In this document: positions 38,201 through 50,900 of the stretch, one piece after another
Numbering within the stretch: the stretch's first letter is position 1
Layout: every line of letters begins with the position of its first letter
Made by a program: the position numbers and the translations under genes
The notes under the pieces: generated by a model
What the model saw: only the letters and a program-made list of their open reading frames with translations
Databases searched by the model: none
Told to the model about the DNA's origin: nothing
Assembly (NCBI RefSeq): GCF_048593235.1
Contig: NC_133617.1
Span: 673,424,958 to 673,488,957 of the forward strand
DNA from: Sminthopsis crassicaudata
Taxonomy: Eukaryota
Direction of reading: 5' to 3'
DNA length: 64,000 nucleotides

Positions 38201-39871
38201 TGGGGAGATGGATGATGATGATGCTATCAAAACCAACAAGTTTAAAATCGGGGAAGTTTGGAGAAATGGTAAGGAGATTTTTTTTGGTTATACTATGAAA
38301 CATCCATTTTAAGATGTCTAAAAAACTGCAGATCAACTCTTTCTGTTATTGTTTGCTTGCATTTTTGCTTTTTTCTTCTCAGATTATTTTTATCTTCTTT
38401 CAAAATCCAATCTTTCTTATGCAATTGTATGTATACATATATTGTATTTAACATATATTTTAACATATTTAATATGTAGGGGACTATCTGCCATGTAGGG
38501 GAGGGGGTGGAGGGAAGGAGGGGGAAAGTTGAAACAAATTTTTGTAAGGGTCAATGTTGAAAAATTACCCATGCATATGTTTTGTATATAAAAAGCTACA
38601 AAAAAAACAAAACAAACAAACAAACAAAAAAAACAACTCTGCAGGTCAAAAAATTTGAGAATCACCTACATAGAGATGATGCTAAAGAGACTACAAAGTG
38701 TAATAAGGTAAAAAGAGAAGTGAAGCAGGCTCAGGCTATTTGAGGAACCATTTGTAGGTAAAAGAAGACGCAGCAAAGAAGACTTAAAAAGAGTAGTGAA
38801 AAATAGGAAGAAATTCCGGAGAGAACAGTGTCACAAAAAATTTAGGACAAACTATTAAAAAGTCACTATGGGGCAGCTAGGGGGCGCAGTGGATAGAGCA
38901 CCAGCCCTGAAGTCAGGAGGACCCGAGTTCAAATCTGGTCTCAGACACTTAACACTTCCTGGCTGTGTGACCTGGGCAAGTCACTTAACCCCAGCCTCAG
39001 AGAAAAAAAAGTCATCAGTAGAGGCAAAATGTACAGAAAGGCTAAAAAGGGGATTAAAAAAAGGCATCAGATTCAGTAATTAATTCGTTACTGGTTCATT
39101 CACAAACCAGTGCTTAACTTAGCCCGAATTTACTTGTTAAGTGTCTAATGATTGTGTCCCTGGGATGGGAATCTGGGGGCAGCAGGAGCTAGGTTATAGG
39201 TTATATATAGGATACCAACAACGGCTCGGGACCTCGAGGTAGATGTGCACTTGTAGATGTGTGTGCATCCACCCCTGTGTGCATAGACATTTGCACAAGC
39301 AANNNNNNNNNNNNNNNNNNNNNNNNNNNNNNNNNNNNNNNNNNNNNNNNNNNNNNNNNNNNNNNNNNNNNNNNNNNNNNNNNNNNNNNNNNNNNNNNNN
39401 NNNNNNNNNNNNNNNNNNNNNNNNNNNNNNNGGAAGCTCCCGCTCGGGGTCATCGGCTGGGGGTTCAGCAGTAGCGCGCACCTCCCGCGCCCCCCCCTCC
39501 CCCGGGCCCAGCCCACGCACCTTTCCGGCTCCGAGTCGCTGGAAATCTCCTCGCTCAGCTTGGGTCTCTTCTTGGTGCCCAGCTTGGCCCGGCCCGGCTC
39601 CCCCTCCGCGTCGGGCTGCCAAGAAAACCCCCCGCCCTCCCGGTCAGAGGAGGCCCGCGCGGGCTGGGACCCCCGAGGGTGGCCACCTAAGGGCCCCAGA
39701 GACGAGCCCCTCAGGGGCTCGGGAGGAGGAACCCGGGCCGCACCCGCTCTCCGGGGAGCGAACGCCGCCAGTTCCGGGGGAAACGTCTGGCCTCACCTTC
39801 CGCCGCCGCTTGCCAGCACTCGGACCCATCGGCCTCCCCCGCTTTCCCGAAGCCATCACGGCCGCCGACAT
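23242..39871 (-). CDS. RRP9: U3 snoRNA-interacting protein 2 (U3-55K), WD40 protein, 475 aa, 15 coding exons
   Basis: Exons (minus): 39797-39871, 39521-39615, 27910-28019, 27234-27301, 27097-27138, 26101-26227, 25699-25823, 25518-25610, 25119-25219, 24371-24505, 24192-24254, 23933-24078, 23617-23696, 23451-23524, 23242-23335. All junctions are GT-AG with consistent phases; the total is 1428 nt. Motifs: [77 protein letters not shown] on the minus strand at 23172-23177. Confidence 0.97.
28459..28616 (+). mobile_element. WSINE1-like SINE in RRP9 intron 2
   Basis: 12-bp TSD aaaagacattaa (28443-28454 and 28617-28628). Confidence 0.85.
31800..35110 (+). mobile_element. Fragmented CR1/L3 LINE (endonuclease to RT to 3' end) in RRP9 intron 2, interrupted by other repeats including a MER58-like hAT fragment near 32750-32850
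   Basis: Endonuclease-like segments at ~32060-32350; RT-like RANVxPIFK...RPVSLTxIPG at ~33565-33650; CR1 3'-like sequence at 34540-34680 and 34950-35110. Approximate. Confidence 0.5.
36839..38003 (+). mobile_element. 5'-truncated L1 in RRP9 intron 2, antisense to RRP9
   Basis: 17-bp TSD with one mismatch (aagataattttggcagc 36822-36838, aagataactttggcagc 38004-38020); ORF2 C-terminal motifs and poly-A. Its 3' UTR differs from the other young copies. Confidence 0.9.
38869..39009 (+). mobile_element. WSINE1-like SINE
   Basis: Near-consensus ggggcagctagggggcgcagtggatagagcacc...ttaaccccagcctcagagaaaa; short TSD aaaaagtca. Confidence 0.85.
39303..39431. other. Assembly gap (129 N) in RRP9 intron 2
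   Basis: Run of N in the sequence. Confidence 0.99.
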
Positions 39872-40700
39872 GTTGGCTCCTCACTACAGCTAGAACAGCG
39901 CGAAGCTCACGTGGTGGCTAACCGGGAAGGCGCGGGCCACGCCCCCTGCGCGCTGAGAGGGTTCGGACTTCTGACCACGCCTTCCTCCTCCCTTATAGAA
40001 CCTAGCTACGAGTAATGCCACGCCCCCAGAACTCTCATAGGTCAAGCGATGGGACATGGCCACACTCCTTAAAGGGGAGGGCTTTTCCGCTACTTGAAGG
40101 AGATGAAATAGGAAGTTCGTCACGACTGCTTCCTGCTTCGGAGGCTACTGCGCATGCTCACAACCATCGAGTCAGGGAAGGGAAGGGGAGGAGTGAGAGG
40201 AGCAAGGCTGTTGTGCTTCCGGGGAACAGCTTCTAGAGGGCGCCCGAGACACACCCAGGAGGCTTTGTAGGGGCTCCCAGGCCTTGGGGGAGGATAGTGG
40301 GCAGTGCCAGTGGGTTCTGGCGAGCGTGAGATGAGCCGGACGAGCGCAGAGGGGCCTGGAGAGAGTGATGGTGCCAGCTGGGCACTGGGAAAAAGGCTTG
40401 GGCTTTGCCTGGCATGCGGCCAGCAGGACGGAGAATGTGGCTGAGCCTGGCAGTGCCTGCTGGATGCCTGGGCCACAGTCACCAGGCTGTAGGGACCCCC
40501 GGGGTGACGAGTTATTGACAATGCCAGCTGGGCACGGAGTGACTGGCAGAGCCCTCCAGCAATGAAGACCCCCGGGCCTTTATTCTCCCTGGGGTTAATA
40601 ATAGTGCCAGCTAGGCCCTAGGAATGACGCCGGAAGCAGTGCCACCCCGGCAGGGCAGGACCCACCAGACGCATGCACCTCAGTGTGCCCCAGTCACCTT
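39432..40700. promoter_or_regulatory. CpG island / bidirectional promoter of RRP9 (minus) and PARP3 (plus)
   Basis: CpG-dense and covers RRP9 exons 1-2. E-box CACGTG 39908-39913, NRF1-like tgcgcatgc 40149-40157, ETS cttccgg 40216-40222, TGACG-CCGGAAG 40625-40636. Head-to-head gene arrangement. Confidence 0.8.
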
Positions 40701-42632
40701 CCCCATTCTGGAAGCAACGATAAAGGCGCTATGCCAGTCTCCGAAGGTCCCCCCTTGGCGAAAAGGGCAGGGGATGAGCCCCGGGCCAATCTATCTTGGA
40801 GGGGCAGGCTGTCCCAGCCTGGGACTGCGTGCACCACCCGTTGCCCGGGCAGCCTGGTGGCCCCGCCCACTGCCTGAAATTCTTACTGAGGTCACCCTGG
40901 GACTGGGGGGGGGAAGATGGGGAGGGTAGGAAAAGGGGGGTGGAAGTGCAGGGGGGGGGAGGAGAAGCAGCTGCTCAAGCCCCACCCTAGCGCTGCCCTG
41001 CCCTCCAGCCCTAGCAAGAACTGGCTGCCCGAGGTGAGTGCCAGGAGCCCCACTGCAGGGCACAGAAACCAGGGTGAGCATGAGCTGGAGGCTGTTGGGG
41101 GGTCTCAGACACCGACTCTAGCACCAGGACTGGGGGTGGCAGAGGGACACTCTGGGCAGAGACAGGCATGCCCACCTCTCAGGACCCAAATCCCCCACCC
41201 CCGCTTGAGCCTTCTGCCCTCCCGCTCTGACCTCCTCCTATCCCACAAGCTTCCTCTCCAAGGCTTTCCTCCCCCCCCCCCCCCATCCCTGCTGCCCTCT
41301 CCCATCAGTGACTCAGCCCCAGCCTGGGCCAGGCCTGGGGGAGCTGAGCATTCCTGGAATCGGCAGAAAACGGAGAAGGCCTGAGGGCTAGGCCTGGAGC
41401 CCGCGGGGATGCAGGAGAAATTTCCTTTAGTTTCTTCCCGTGGGCGGGGCTGCGAGGTGGGGGTGGGGCGAGAAGGATAGCCTCTTCCCACAGATAGAAG
41501 GAGCCCCTTCCCCTAAAAGGGAGTCAGTCTCCCCATTGTCTGGTTCCCTTTGGCCCCTCAGGGTCTAGATCCCACAATCCGTCCGGAAGCGCAGCATCTC
41601 CTCTGGCATTCCCATCTCCGGGAGCGGCGCTGCCGGCTCACAGCCAGAAAGTGCCACGTGCTGTCAGATTCATGGGTTTGTTCATAAAACATTTATTAAT
41701 CATCTGCTACACACGGCGCGGTGCCGGGAAATGCAGAGATCCCCTCACGGCTCATCGCGCACGAAGCGGGACCTCCTTCCCGCCCTCCCGCCCTCGGAGG
41801 GTTCTCTCCGGCCTGGGCCCGGCCCGCCCAGCGGCCCATCCCGGGACCCGCGGACGCTGCCACTTGGAGCGCAAGAGTAGAAAGGAGGGTGCGGGCGACC
41901 AGAGGGGGTTAGAATGGCCAGCTCTGCAGCCCCTGCTGTGGGACTTGTCTCCCCCTGGGACGCACTCTTCCTCTGGCAGCCCTGGACCCAAATGGAACCC
42001 TCCCCAGAACTTCCTTGTTTCTATGCAGGGTACCACGGTCTTCCCACAACCTGGAACCTTCCCGTCGTCCCCGATTCCTTCCTCTCCCGGCTCTCCCTGT
42101 CTTCTCCAGGCCGCTGCCGGGTCTTGTTGCTCCCACCTCTCACCTGCTCCCTTTGCAGGGGTAGGGCTGCTGGGCCAGCCTGGGCCTTTACCTCCTCTCA
42201 CCAGGACCCGGCAACAGCCGGATCCTTACTTCTACTTTCTCCCTGCTCCGAGCGTCCTCCGCGTGGCCAAACCGATCTGACGACGCCATTCTCCTACTAA
42301 AAACCCCCGTGGCTCCCTAGTATTACCCCTAAGTAAAGTGCACAACTCTTGGCGCCTCCGCCCGCCAGCCAGAGGCAGTGAGATCATGGGGCAGCAGCTG
42401 CGCCTTTGGGAGTCTCGGGTGCAGATCCTGCTGGTGCTTATCGCCCGGGACCTCGGACTTCACCTCCCCAGGTCTTACCCTCTCTGTAGATGAAGGGGGC
42501 CGAGCCAGGCGGCCTGAGTCCCTTCTAAGGCTGCATCGGTGTACGCTGGGCCCCGACCCTCCTGGGCCTCAGACCTTGCACCTGTGCAATGAGGGGGTTA
42601 GATTGTCTGAGGCGAGAAGCCCTTGATAATTC

Positions 42633-42640
42633 TGACGTCA
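42633..42640. promoter_or_regulatory. Palindromic CRE (TGACGTCA) upstream of the PARP3 first coding exon
   Basis: Exact motif at the edge of a CpG-rich zone; function untested. Confidence 0.3.
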
Positions 42641-43278
42641 CCGATTCCGAGCTCTCTCGCAGCTTACTGATCTTCGCAGCCTTTCACACAGTCTCCTTCT
42701 GGTCAAACTAGCCCATCTGCTTTTCCTTAAACTTGGCTTTCCCTCCCCTGCCCTCATGCCTTTGGACACGATCCCCCAGGTCAGGAATGTGTTTCTTTTG
42801 CAGGGCTGGCCTTTTAGTGTCTTTCCTTCCGAGACCACAGCAGGGGGCCCAGGCAGGCGCTTCTGAGGCTGGGGATCCTCTCTTCCTCTCTATGGGAACC
42901 TTACTCCTCCTCAGATTTTCCTGAACCTCCTTTTCTGGGAGAATGTTCTAGCCGCCTCCCCAGCCCTACTACAACACAGACTCCAGGAGGAAAGATTGTT
43001 TTTCATTTTTCTGTCTTATGTTCCCAGCATCTTAAACCAGACTTGTAGCAGGTACTTCATAAATGCTCATCTTGCATTAAATAAAAAGCCTAAGTCCGAC
43101 TCACTACACATTCCCTGAATCCCTCCTGCGGGCAACGATCTTTCCTGGGCACACAGACCTTGCCATCAGGGAGCCTCCAGGAGGCCAGGAAGATCCCCGC
43201 ATGTACACAGGCAGGCAGGATAGGAGAGAAAATGTGATGAGACAAAGGGGAGCTCCAAAGTACTAAAGTAAAAGATTG

Positions 43279-43415
43279 AGGCAGCTAGGAGGTGCAGTGG
43301 TTAGAGCACCCTCTAGAGTCTGAGGACCTGAGTTCAAATATGGCCTCAGACACTTATTGTGTGATCCTGGGAAAGTCACCTAACCCCATTATCTTAAAAA
43401 AAAAAAAAAAAAAAA
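43279..43415 (+). mobile_element. CORE-SINE (WSINE1/MAR1-like)
   Basis: ggcagctaggaggtgcagtggttagagcacc...taacccc followed by poly-A. Confidence 0.75.
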
Positions 43416-44963
43416 GCTCAAGAAATTCTTTTTAGCTGACAATATGTAACTCACAGTACTGCTGTGGGGAGAAAATGATGTAAAGTGTTTTGCAAACTTT
43501 AAAATATCAGCTACCACCATATTCTCATTATACCCCGGCATTTTTATTGTCTCCTTTTTTTAATATTCGATAAAACTGAAGTTCAGAGATTGAACTATAG
43601 CTAGTGAATGGGAGATCGGAACTCAGGTCTCCCGATTTCAAATCTAGTTCTTGCTTTATCTAAGTTGCCTGGGGAAATGCTTTTAAAGGGAAGGATGCTT
43701 CTGTAATAATGTTCAGTCATTTCAGTTGTGTCCAACTTTGTATCCCCACTGGGGTTTTCTTACAGTATTACTGGAATGCTCTGCCATTTCTTTTCCTGAC
43801 TTGTTTTTACAGATGAGGAAACTGAGGCAAACAGAATCACCCAGCTAGTGTCTTTAGGCTGTATCTGAACTTAGTTCTTCTTGAGTCCAATCTCCTAACA
43901 TGTATTGACCCTTACTATGGGCCAAGTACTGTGCTATGTGCTTCACAATGATTATCTCATTGGAGCATCATAACATCCCTGGGAGGAGAATGCTATTATT
44001 ATCCCCAGTTTGCGGTTAAATAAACTGAGGCCAGTGACGGATAAATGACCCACCTGAGGAAGCACAGATAGTGTGTGTCTGAGGCCGAGTTTTGACTCGG
44101 CTCTTCCTGATGCCGAGCCCTCCGGAGCTCTGGCCCCTCTGCCATCAGAGACAAGGAGACCGTAGCAGAGGGTGATTGGGGAACCTGTTGGAAAGGTAGG
44201 ACGGGATGGATTCTCTACTAACCTGGTACCAATCTTGACACAGTAAGGAAAATGAAATAAACAGAGGTGATCACTTGCTCAGGGCCACACAGTGTGTATC
44301 TGAGAGAAATGTTTGTTTTCTATTCTAATAACACAATAATTAGGGTCTAGGGGTTTTTTTTATCCAGCGAGGACCAGCCCCTGAAGTGAAGGGCGTTGTC
44401 CTAGTGCCCTGATCCTCAGGAGCATGTTCTTTGACTCAGCTGGGAGAGTGCAGACAGAATCCAATCCACGTGAATCCTTGCCTTTAGGGAATAAGTCCAT
44501 GTTTTTGAACCCCTCCATTGGAGTTTAGGGTTCCCACTCGTGAAGAAGGGAACCGACCAGGGCGATCTGGGTGAAGATGGATTACTCCATCCAGATTGCT
44601 GGGGGTGGCTGAGTCTCATGATTTAGCCACATTCTCTATAGAACTGAAGACTCTTAGCCCACTTCTCATTAATATATCCATGGTTGTTCACCAATCAGCA
44701 TTAATTTCTCCTGCCAGGAGACATTCCCTCTCAAAAAAATATTCGTCAGTCAGTGCCTTGGCCATCAATTTGTTGATTATTAGCTAGCCTAATTAACAGA
44801 TTGACTATTATCCAGAAACCTTGTCTCAGAAGTCTGTTCATTTGCCCCACATCTGAGGTAGACTCAGGTTCAGATCTTCCTGGCTCTCTAGCCAGTCTAC
44901 CACACAGTCTCATAGGGCAGGGGCAGGAGTTTTTGAACACCTCTATGTCCTCAGGCTTCACCA

Positions 44964-47900
44964 ATGGCTCCCAAGCGCAAGGCAGCTAGTGAAAGCACTG
45001 GAAGCCCCAAGAAGAAGAAGGAGAAACCAGAGGTGGAGGACAGCTTCCACTCAACCAAAGAGGCCCTTAAAGCTGCACCCAAGGAGACACGGAAAGCTCG
45101 GGTGGATTCCATGTGTCCACTCAGCAGCAAGCCTAATGTCCAGGTGAGCCCAGCCCCTTGGGTGACTCCCTGCTGTGAGGAGCTGGTGAATGACTCTGCC
45201 CTGGGCCTGGGATAGCAGTGACCAAAGGGTGGAGGGGATTGGGGAGGGGAGCTGCCAATCTCTTCATTCAGTGGATCCAGCAGGCCCTGAGGACGGGCAG
45301 AAGCCTCTGAACCCCAGGATGGGGAGTTTAGAAAGCAGGGGGAGCTGAGTACCCCAGGACTGGAAGCAGAGGCCCCTGGATCCACTCCAGGCCTTCAGTC
45401 AGGCAGGAGGCCCACAGCATGAGAGGAAAAAGAGGCTGTCCAGCTGTGGCTGAGCCCCGACTCCTCTGCCTCTGTCCCCAGGTATACGAGGACTATGACT
45501 GTACCCTGAACCAGACCAACATAGGGAGCAATAACAACAAATTCTACATCATCCAGCTGTTGGATGAGAATGGGAGCTACCATAGCTGGAACCGCTGGGG
45601 TCGAGTGGTAAGTGGTCCGACAAAACCCCGGCCCTTGGCGGGGGCTGGCAAGAGCAGGGGGGAGGGAGGCCCCAGGCCTAAACAGGGCGCATCCCCTGCC
45701 TTTGTCTGCACAGGGAGAAAAGGGCCAGTGCAAGATACAGACTTTCTCCTCCCTGGATGAAGCTAAGCGAGACTTTGAGAAGAAGTTCTGGGAAAAAACC
45801 AAGAACCGCTGGGCTGAGCGGGACAGCTTTGTGGCCCAGTCGGGCAAGTATACACTCATTGAAGTGCAGGCTGGTGATGGTAAAGAGGACCAGGAAATTG
45901 AGGTCAAGGTGAGTCCCTCCCAGGCATCTGCCCCGCCAGGGCCCCAGGGGACCTCTTCCTGGGCACAGCTGGAGCAAACCAAGCCTGTGTACAGAGAACC
46001 AAAGAGACTCAGTCAGGGGGATCAGATGTCAAAGCCCCAAGACAGTGGCAGCTGAGCATACCCTCAGCTTCTCTCGATCTCAATTCCCCTGTCTATAAAG
46101 TGAAAGGGTAAGAGCCAGGGGCCTCATCTGGGAGAAAGCAGAGGCATGAGGGCAGTCTGCAGGCCTTGGGTGAGGCTTTCGTGGCTAAGGTTTGCAAAGC
46201 ACTTCCTGCACACTCCTGTCAAGGCAGCACGAGCCATGAGCCAGAGGGTTGGGTTAGAAACAGGAAAAGTGGGGTTCAAATCCCATGCTGGTGTGGTGGG
46301 ACTGTGGGCGGGTACCTTCCCAGCTTCAGCCTCATCTCTCATTTGTAATGTTAATTCCTGTGACCCCTTCAGAGGGGTCAAGTTCAGATGAGACCCCCTC
46401 CCCTCCCCTCCTGTACCTGCATAATGTGCTTTTGTACTCTAAGGCATCACAGAACTGTGGCTGTTAGCCTGTGGTCTTCCCAGGAGAAGAGGCCTACAAG
46501 TGTGGGCTCTCAGGCCCTGCACAGCTCCAGGCAGGGAGCCATGGAGAGGGGACGAGATCTGACTTCTCTGGCACATCGCCTTGGACGGTTTTTGTTCACT
46601 GGTTTGGGAGAGTCCTGACGCAAGGGCCTGCTGAGGCCTGTGACTCACTCTGGTGATAGTAGAGATAGGGGGAAACCAGGGTCCTCTGCCCGGGGGAGGA
46701 GAATCTGTTCTCTTCCTGCCAGGAGGAAAACTCATAGAATAGGAGCTCTTTGAGACCAAGACTTTCATTTTTTACTTTGAACCCCGAGTGCTTAGCACAG
46801 GCTTGGCACACAAAAGGCTCTTCATAAATGGTTGTTTGAGCCGAATTGGCTAAAGAGACTAGCTTGTGTTACTTTCCCTGTATCTCCTGTTCCCTCTGAC
46901 CTCTGCAAGGCCCTGCCCCCAAATCTATGGCATGGGACCCACCGACTCCCCCACCCTTGTTGTCCCCAAGTTTACCTGGACTCCTAGACATAAACCAGAA
47001 AGATGAGTAATGCAAAGTAATCTCAGGAGGGAAAGGATGCTGAAGCTAGGAGACGGATGTTATTTCCGGTCTTTCTTTCTCAAAGGGGACCAGTGGCATC
47101 AGGAGGGCCATGTCTTGACTTGTGAGTGAATTGGATTTAAGTGAGCAGAGCTGTGCAAAATCAGCAGCCTCACTCCCTCCCCCAGAATCACCTGGGTCCA
47201 GTACCCTTGGGAATGCTAAGGGATGCTAAAAGGAAGGGCCAGAGGAAAGTATCCCCTGAGCCATGCTCTAAAGGAAGCTAAGAAAAAGTGAAAGTGGGTG
47301 GGGAGTTTATTCCAGAAGAGCAGCCCCCCCCCAAAGGATGCAATGTTGGAAATGGAGAAGAGCTAATGGGCTGGCACAGACAGTGTGTGAAAGGGAATAA
47401 TGTGCAATCAGAACTCAGGAGCAGACCAGGAGTTGTAAATGACCAGCTGAGGACAAAGACAAGAGGGAACCACTGAAGATTTTTGAGTAGGGAAGTGACA
47501 TGGTCAGATCTGTGTTTCAGGATTATCCATTTAGTAGTTGTGTGGATGGACTGGAGAGGAGAACATCTAGAGTCAGGGAAGCAGTTAGGAAGCTCTGCAA
47601 TGAGGACCTGAACTGCGTTAGAGGCAGTGTTCAGGAAGAGAAGAAGGGATGATAAAAGAGATGTTAGGGAGGTAAAAGAGAGAGATGATAAGATAAGCCT
47701 TCTTAACTTACTTGGACTACCGCATCTCCTCAAGTACTGTCTGCCATGGGAAAACTTCTGCTCTTCTCTCTGCCTGTTGCCAAGCTTCTGGAGCCACTGT
47801 TGTGAAGGGTGCTGTTTAATATTTAACAACCAGCTCTCCAAAAAATTCAGAATATCTTAAAATTTAAACTGTATTATTTTTTTCTCCATCATTTTCTTGT

Positions 47901-50900
47901 AAGAGTCCTTGCAATCAACAAAATAAGAAATCTCATCCTGATTTGTAGTTTGCTCATTTTCAAGGTGTAAGTGCTCACCCTGAAAAATTTAACAGTCATG
48001 GTCAAGTTGGCTTTAGCACACCCTTGGTTTCCTCTCAAGTCTTCCTGGGACAAATGAAATAAAGGATTGTAGGCTCCTTCAAAGAATCCTAGGGATCACT
48101 TGGTGTCCAAGCTTCTTCTTTTACAGAAGAGGAAACACAGCCAGGGAGAAGGGGGAGCCTTGTCCAAACTCACAAAGCCAGTGGTGGCCAAGCTGGGCTC
48201 TGACCTCATCCTCACTGACTTTGCCTTAAGCACGAGGCGCGTCAGACCTTTCCCAGAACCACTGAAAACCTACTAGAGATACAGAAAGCCATGTCGAGCT
48301 CAATATTTAGTCTGGCTGGATCCCGGAGTAAGAATGGAGGTAGAGGAGTTAATGAGTTCATTGGCTGAGTTGTACGGGGCTGTTATTCCACTGTTACGGG
48401 ATCTCAGAGTGGAAAGGGATGTCTGAGCATCTACTGAGGAGAGCAGAAATCTGGCATCCCTATTCCATACAGTGCCATATGTGCACAGAGGGGACAGGAG
48501 ATACAGGGAACTCTGGCTTTGATTCTACAGTCTGATCTTCTGCTTGTTACTTAACCTTTCCTGGCCTCAATTTTCTCATCTATAAAATTGGGGGATTGAA
48601 TGAAATGGCTTCTTAATCCTCAATCAGCCCCAAATCTGGAATTCTCTGGCCCCCAGTAAGGGGGAGTTCTACCTTGCCCCAGACACCCAATTATCATGAT
48701 GTATAAACATCTGCCGTGTGTCAGGCATTGAGCAAAGCAGGCATTGGGGCCAAGAGCCAGAAGCAAAGCAGCCTCTTCTACTTTGGGGTCACTCAACAGC
48801 CAGCCCAAATTTACCTTATTGCTCCTTGTCCTTGGATATCACAAAACTAATCCTTCCTCATCACGATGGCCCTTCAAACACTTGACAACCACTGTCATGT
48901 TTTCCTGAATCTTCAGCTTCCTTCCACTGTTCCTTGTTTGGCCTTCTGAGGTCAAACAGAGAAAGTCTTTTTCTCTTTTTCTCTTCCTTGTGACAGCCTT
49001 CAAATATCTGAAACCAGCTGTCTCCTGGTTTTTCCTGGTAAATGTCTCCCTTCCACTGACTTTTGCATGTCCTGGTCTCCAGTCCTGTCCCCATGCCCAG
49101 CTCTGTTTTATGGTTACAAGCCCAGGATACTGGGAGTTGGTCTCTTCAGAGGATCCTTCTTATAGGTTCCATTCTCCCATAATTCAGAAAGTATTTAGGC
49201 CCCATCCTGGAGGTTTTAAAATGAAAATTTATTAGGCCATTTCCGGCCTGGTCCTGCCATTCATCCTGCAGATTCGGAGAACTTTCACTTAAATTGAGTG
49301 GCCATTTATTACTTATTGTGGTAGACTTTGGAAGATACTGATTGAAATATATATATATATATATATATATTTTTGTCAAACTGTCTTCCAATTTTTTTCT
49401 GTAGTTTTGTGCAAATATTTTCTGATGAACAGAATGATCCAGCAAAAGAATAGGTGCTCCAAGGATTAGCGGGATCCCTGTCCCTGAAAATCTTTTACCA
49501 CTGTCTAAATGGCAGTTAGGGAGGCTGTAAAATAGACTCATCACAAGGAGCTTTGGGCTTGGAGGCAGAACACCTGGGTTCAAGTGCTGATTCTGCTGTC
49601 CATTGACTGTGGGATCTCTGGATCTTACTTTCCTCTTAGGAAAAATGAGATTGGACTCAATCACATCAAAGGTTCCTCCTAGCTCCGATAGATGGGAATC
49701 TTTGTGATCTCCAAGGCCTCTCCCAGTGCTAAAAACCTAGGATCTGTGGGATAAAAGGGTAGAGATGCAAATGATCCAGTTCTTTTGGGAAGAATGATTT
49801 CTGCTGTGATTAAGGCACACTGTGCAATTCTCCAGGGCTGTGGGATCCTGTCTGATCCATCCCCTTCCCTTCTGCCTCTTCCTCATTCACTTATTTATCA
49901 AACATTTCCTGAACTCCTCTGCATAGGACTCTGCTGAGGCAAGCCAAGAAGGAATAGAGATTCACTCTCTGCAGAGGGGATCAAATGATACAGATAATTA
50001 CACAGGAAGGTAGATTGTGACACTGGTCATAAGAGAAAGCCAGCCACAGTTCTGTGGACATTCAGAAATAGGAAAGGCCTATTTTCTTCTTGCTGAATGG
50101 CATCAGGGCAGGCTTCCTAAAGGAGGTGGACCACGAAGGAGAGAGACGGCAGTTGTGGCAGGAGGACAGTTGGGGTGAAGAGGAGAGGCATGAACCCACG
50201 GACAGAAGCAGGACAACTGAAAGGATGGATGGGAGAATCATCCTCTTTGTAGGGCAGCCATAGCCCACACAGGAGAACTCGGAGGAAAGGTCAGGGAAGC
50301 TGTCTGTAGTGAGGCCTAGGAAGCTGCAGAGCGAGGGTGCACGTGGCCCAAGTGGGGCGGTAGGAAGGTTAATCTGGCCCTGTATTGGGGGCTTCCACGG
50401 GAGGAGCTCTAGGCAGCCATGGATGAGGAGGCAAGGGCCTGGCGTGGCCCGTGCTCTTTCTGGGCAAATGTGGGGAGATCTCTATCAGTGATAAAACAAC
50501 TGTTTGGTTTTTATTTCCCCATCTTGTTCCAGGAATAAATATCAAAAACAAACAAACCTGGATTCAAATTTTTTTTAATTTACTAGTTGGGTAATCCTGG
50601 GCAAACCATTTCCTTTCCCTGGGACTTTGTCTGCCTCTGTAAAATGAGGTTAGACTAGGTGATCTCTAAGGTCCCTTCCTGCTTTAATTTCTCTGGGTCT
50701 ACAGCACAGGAAATTATAGCCTCAAAGCAAAGGAAAGATTTTTTTTTTCAAATCCAACTTTTTTTTTATTTAGAATTTTTTTCCACAGTATATATGCATG
50801 AGTAATTTTTTTTATAACATTATCCCTTGTATTCATTTTTCCAAATTATCTCCCCCTCCCTCTACTCCCTCCCCCCAATGACAGGCAATCCCATACATTT

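Noticed and set aside
39145-39893. ORFs crossing the N gap
   Set aside because: Artefacts of translating through unknown bases; the real coding parts are RRP9 exons 1-2.
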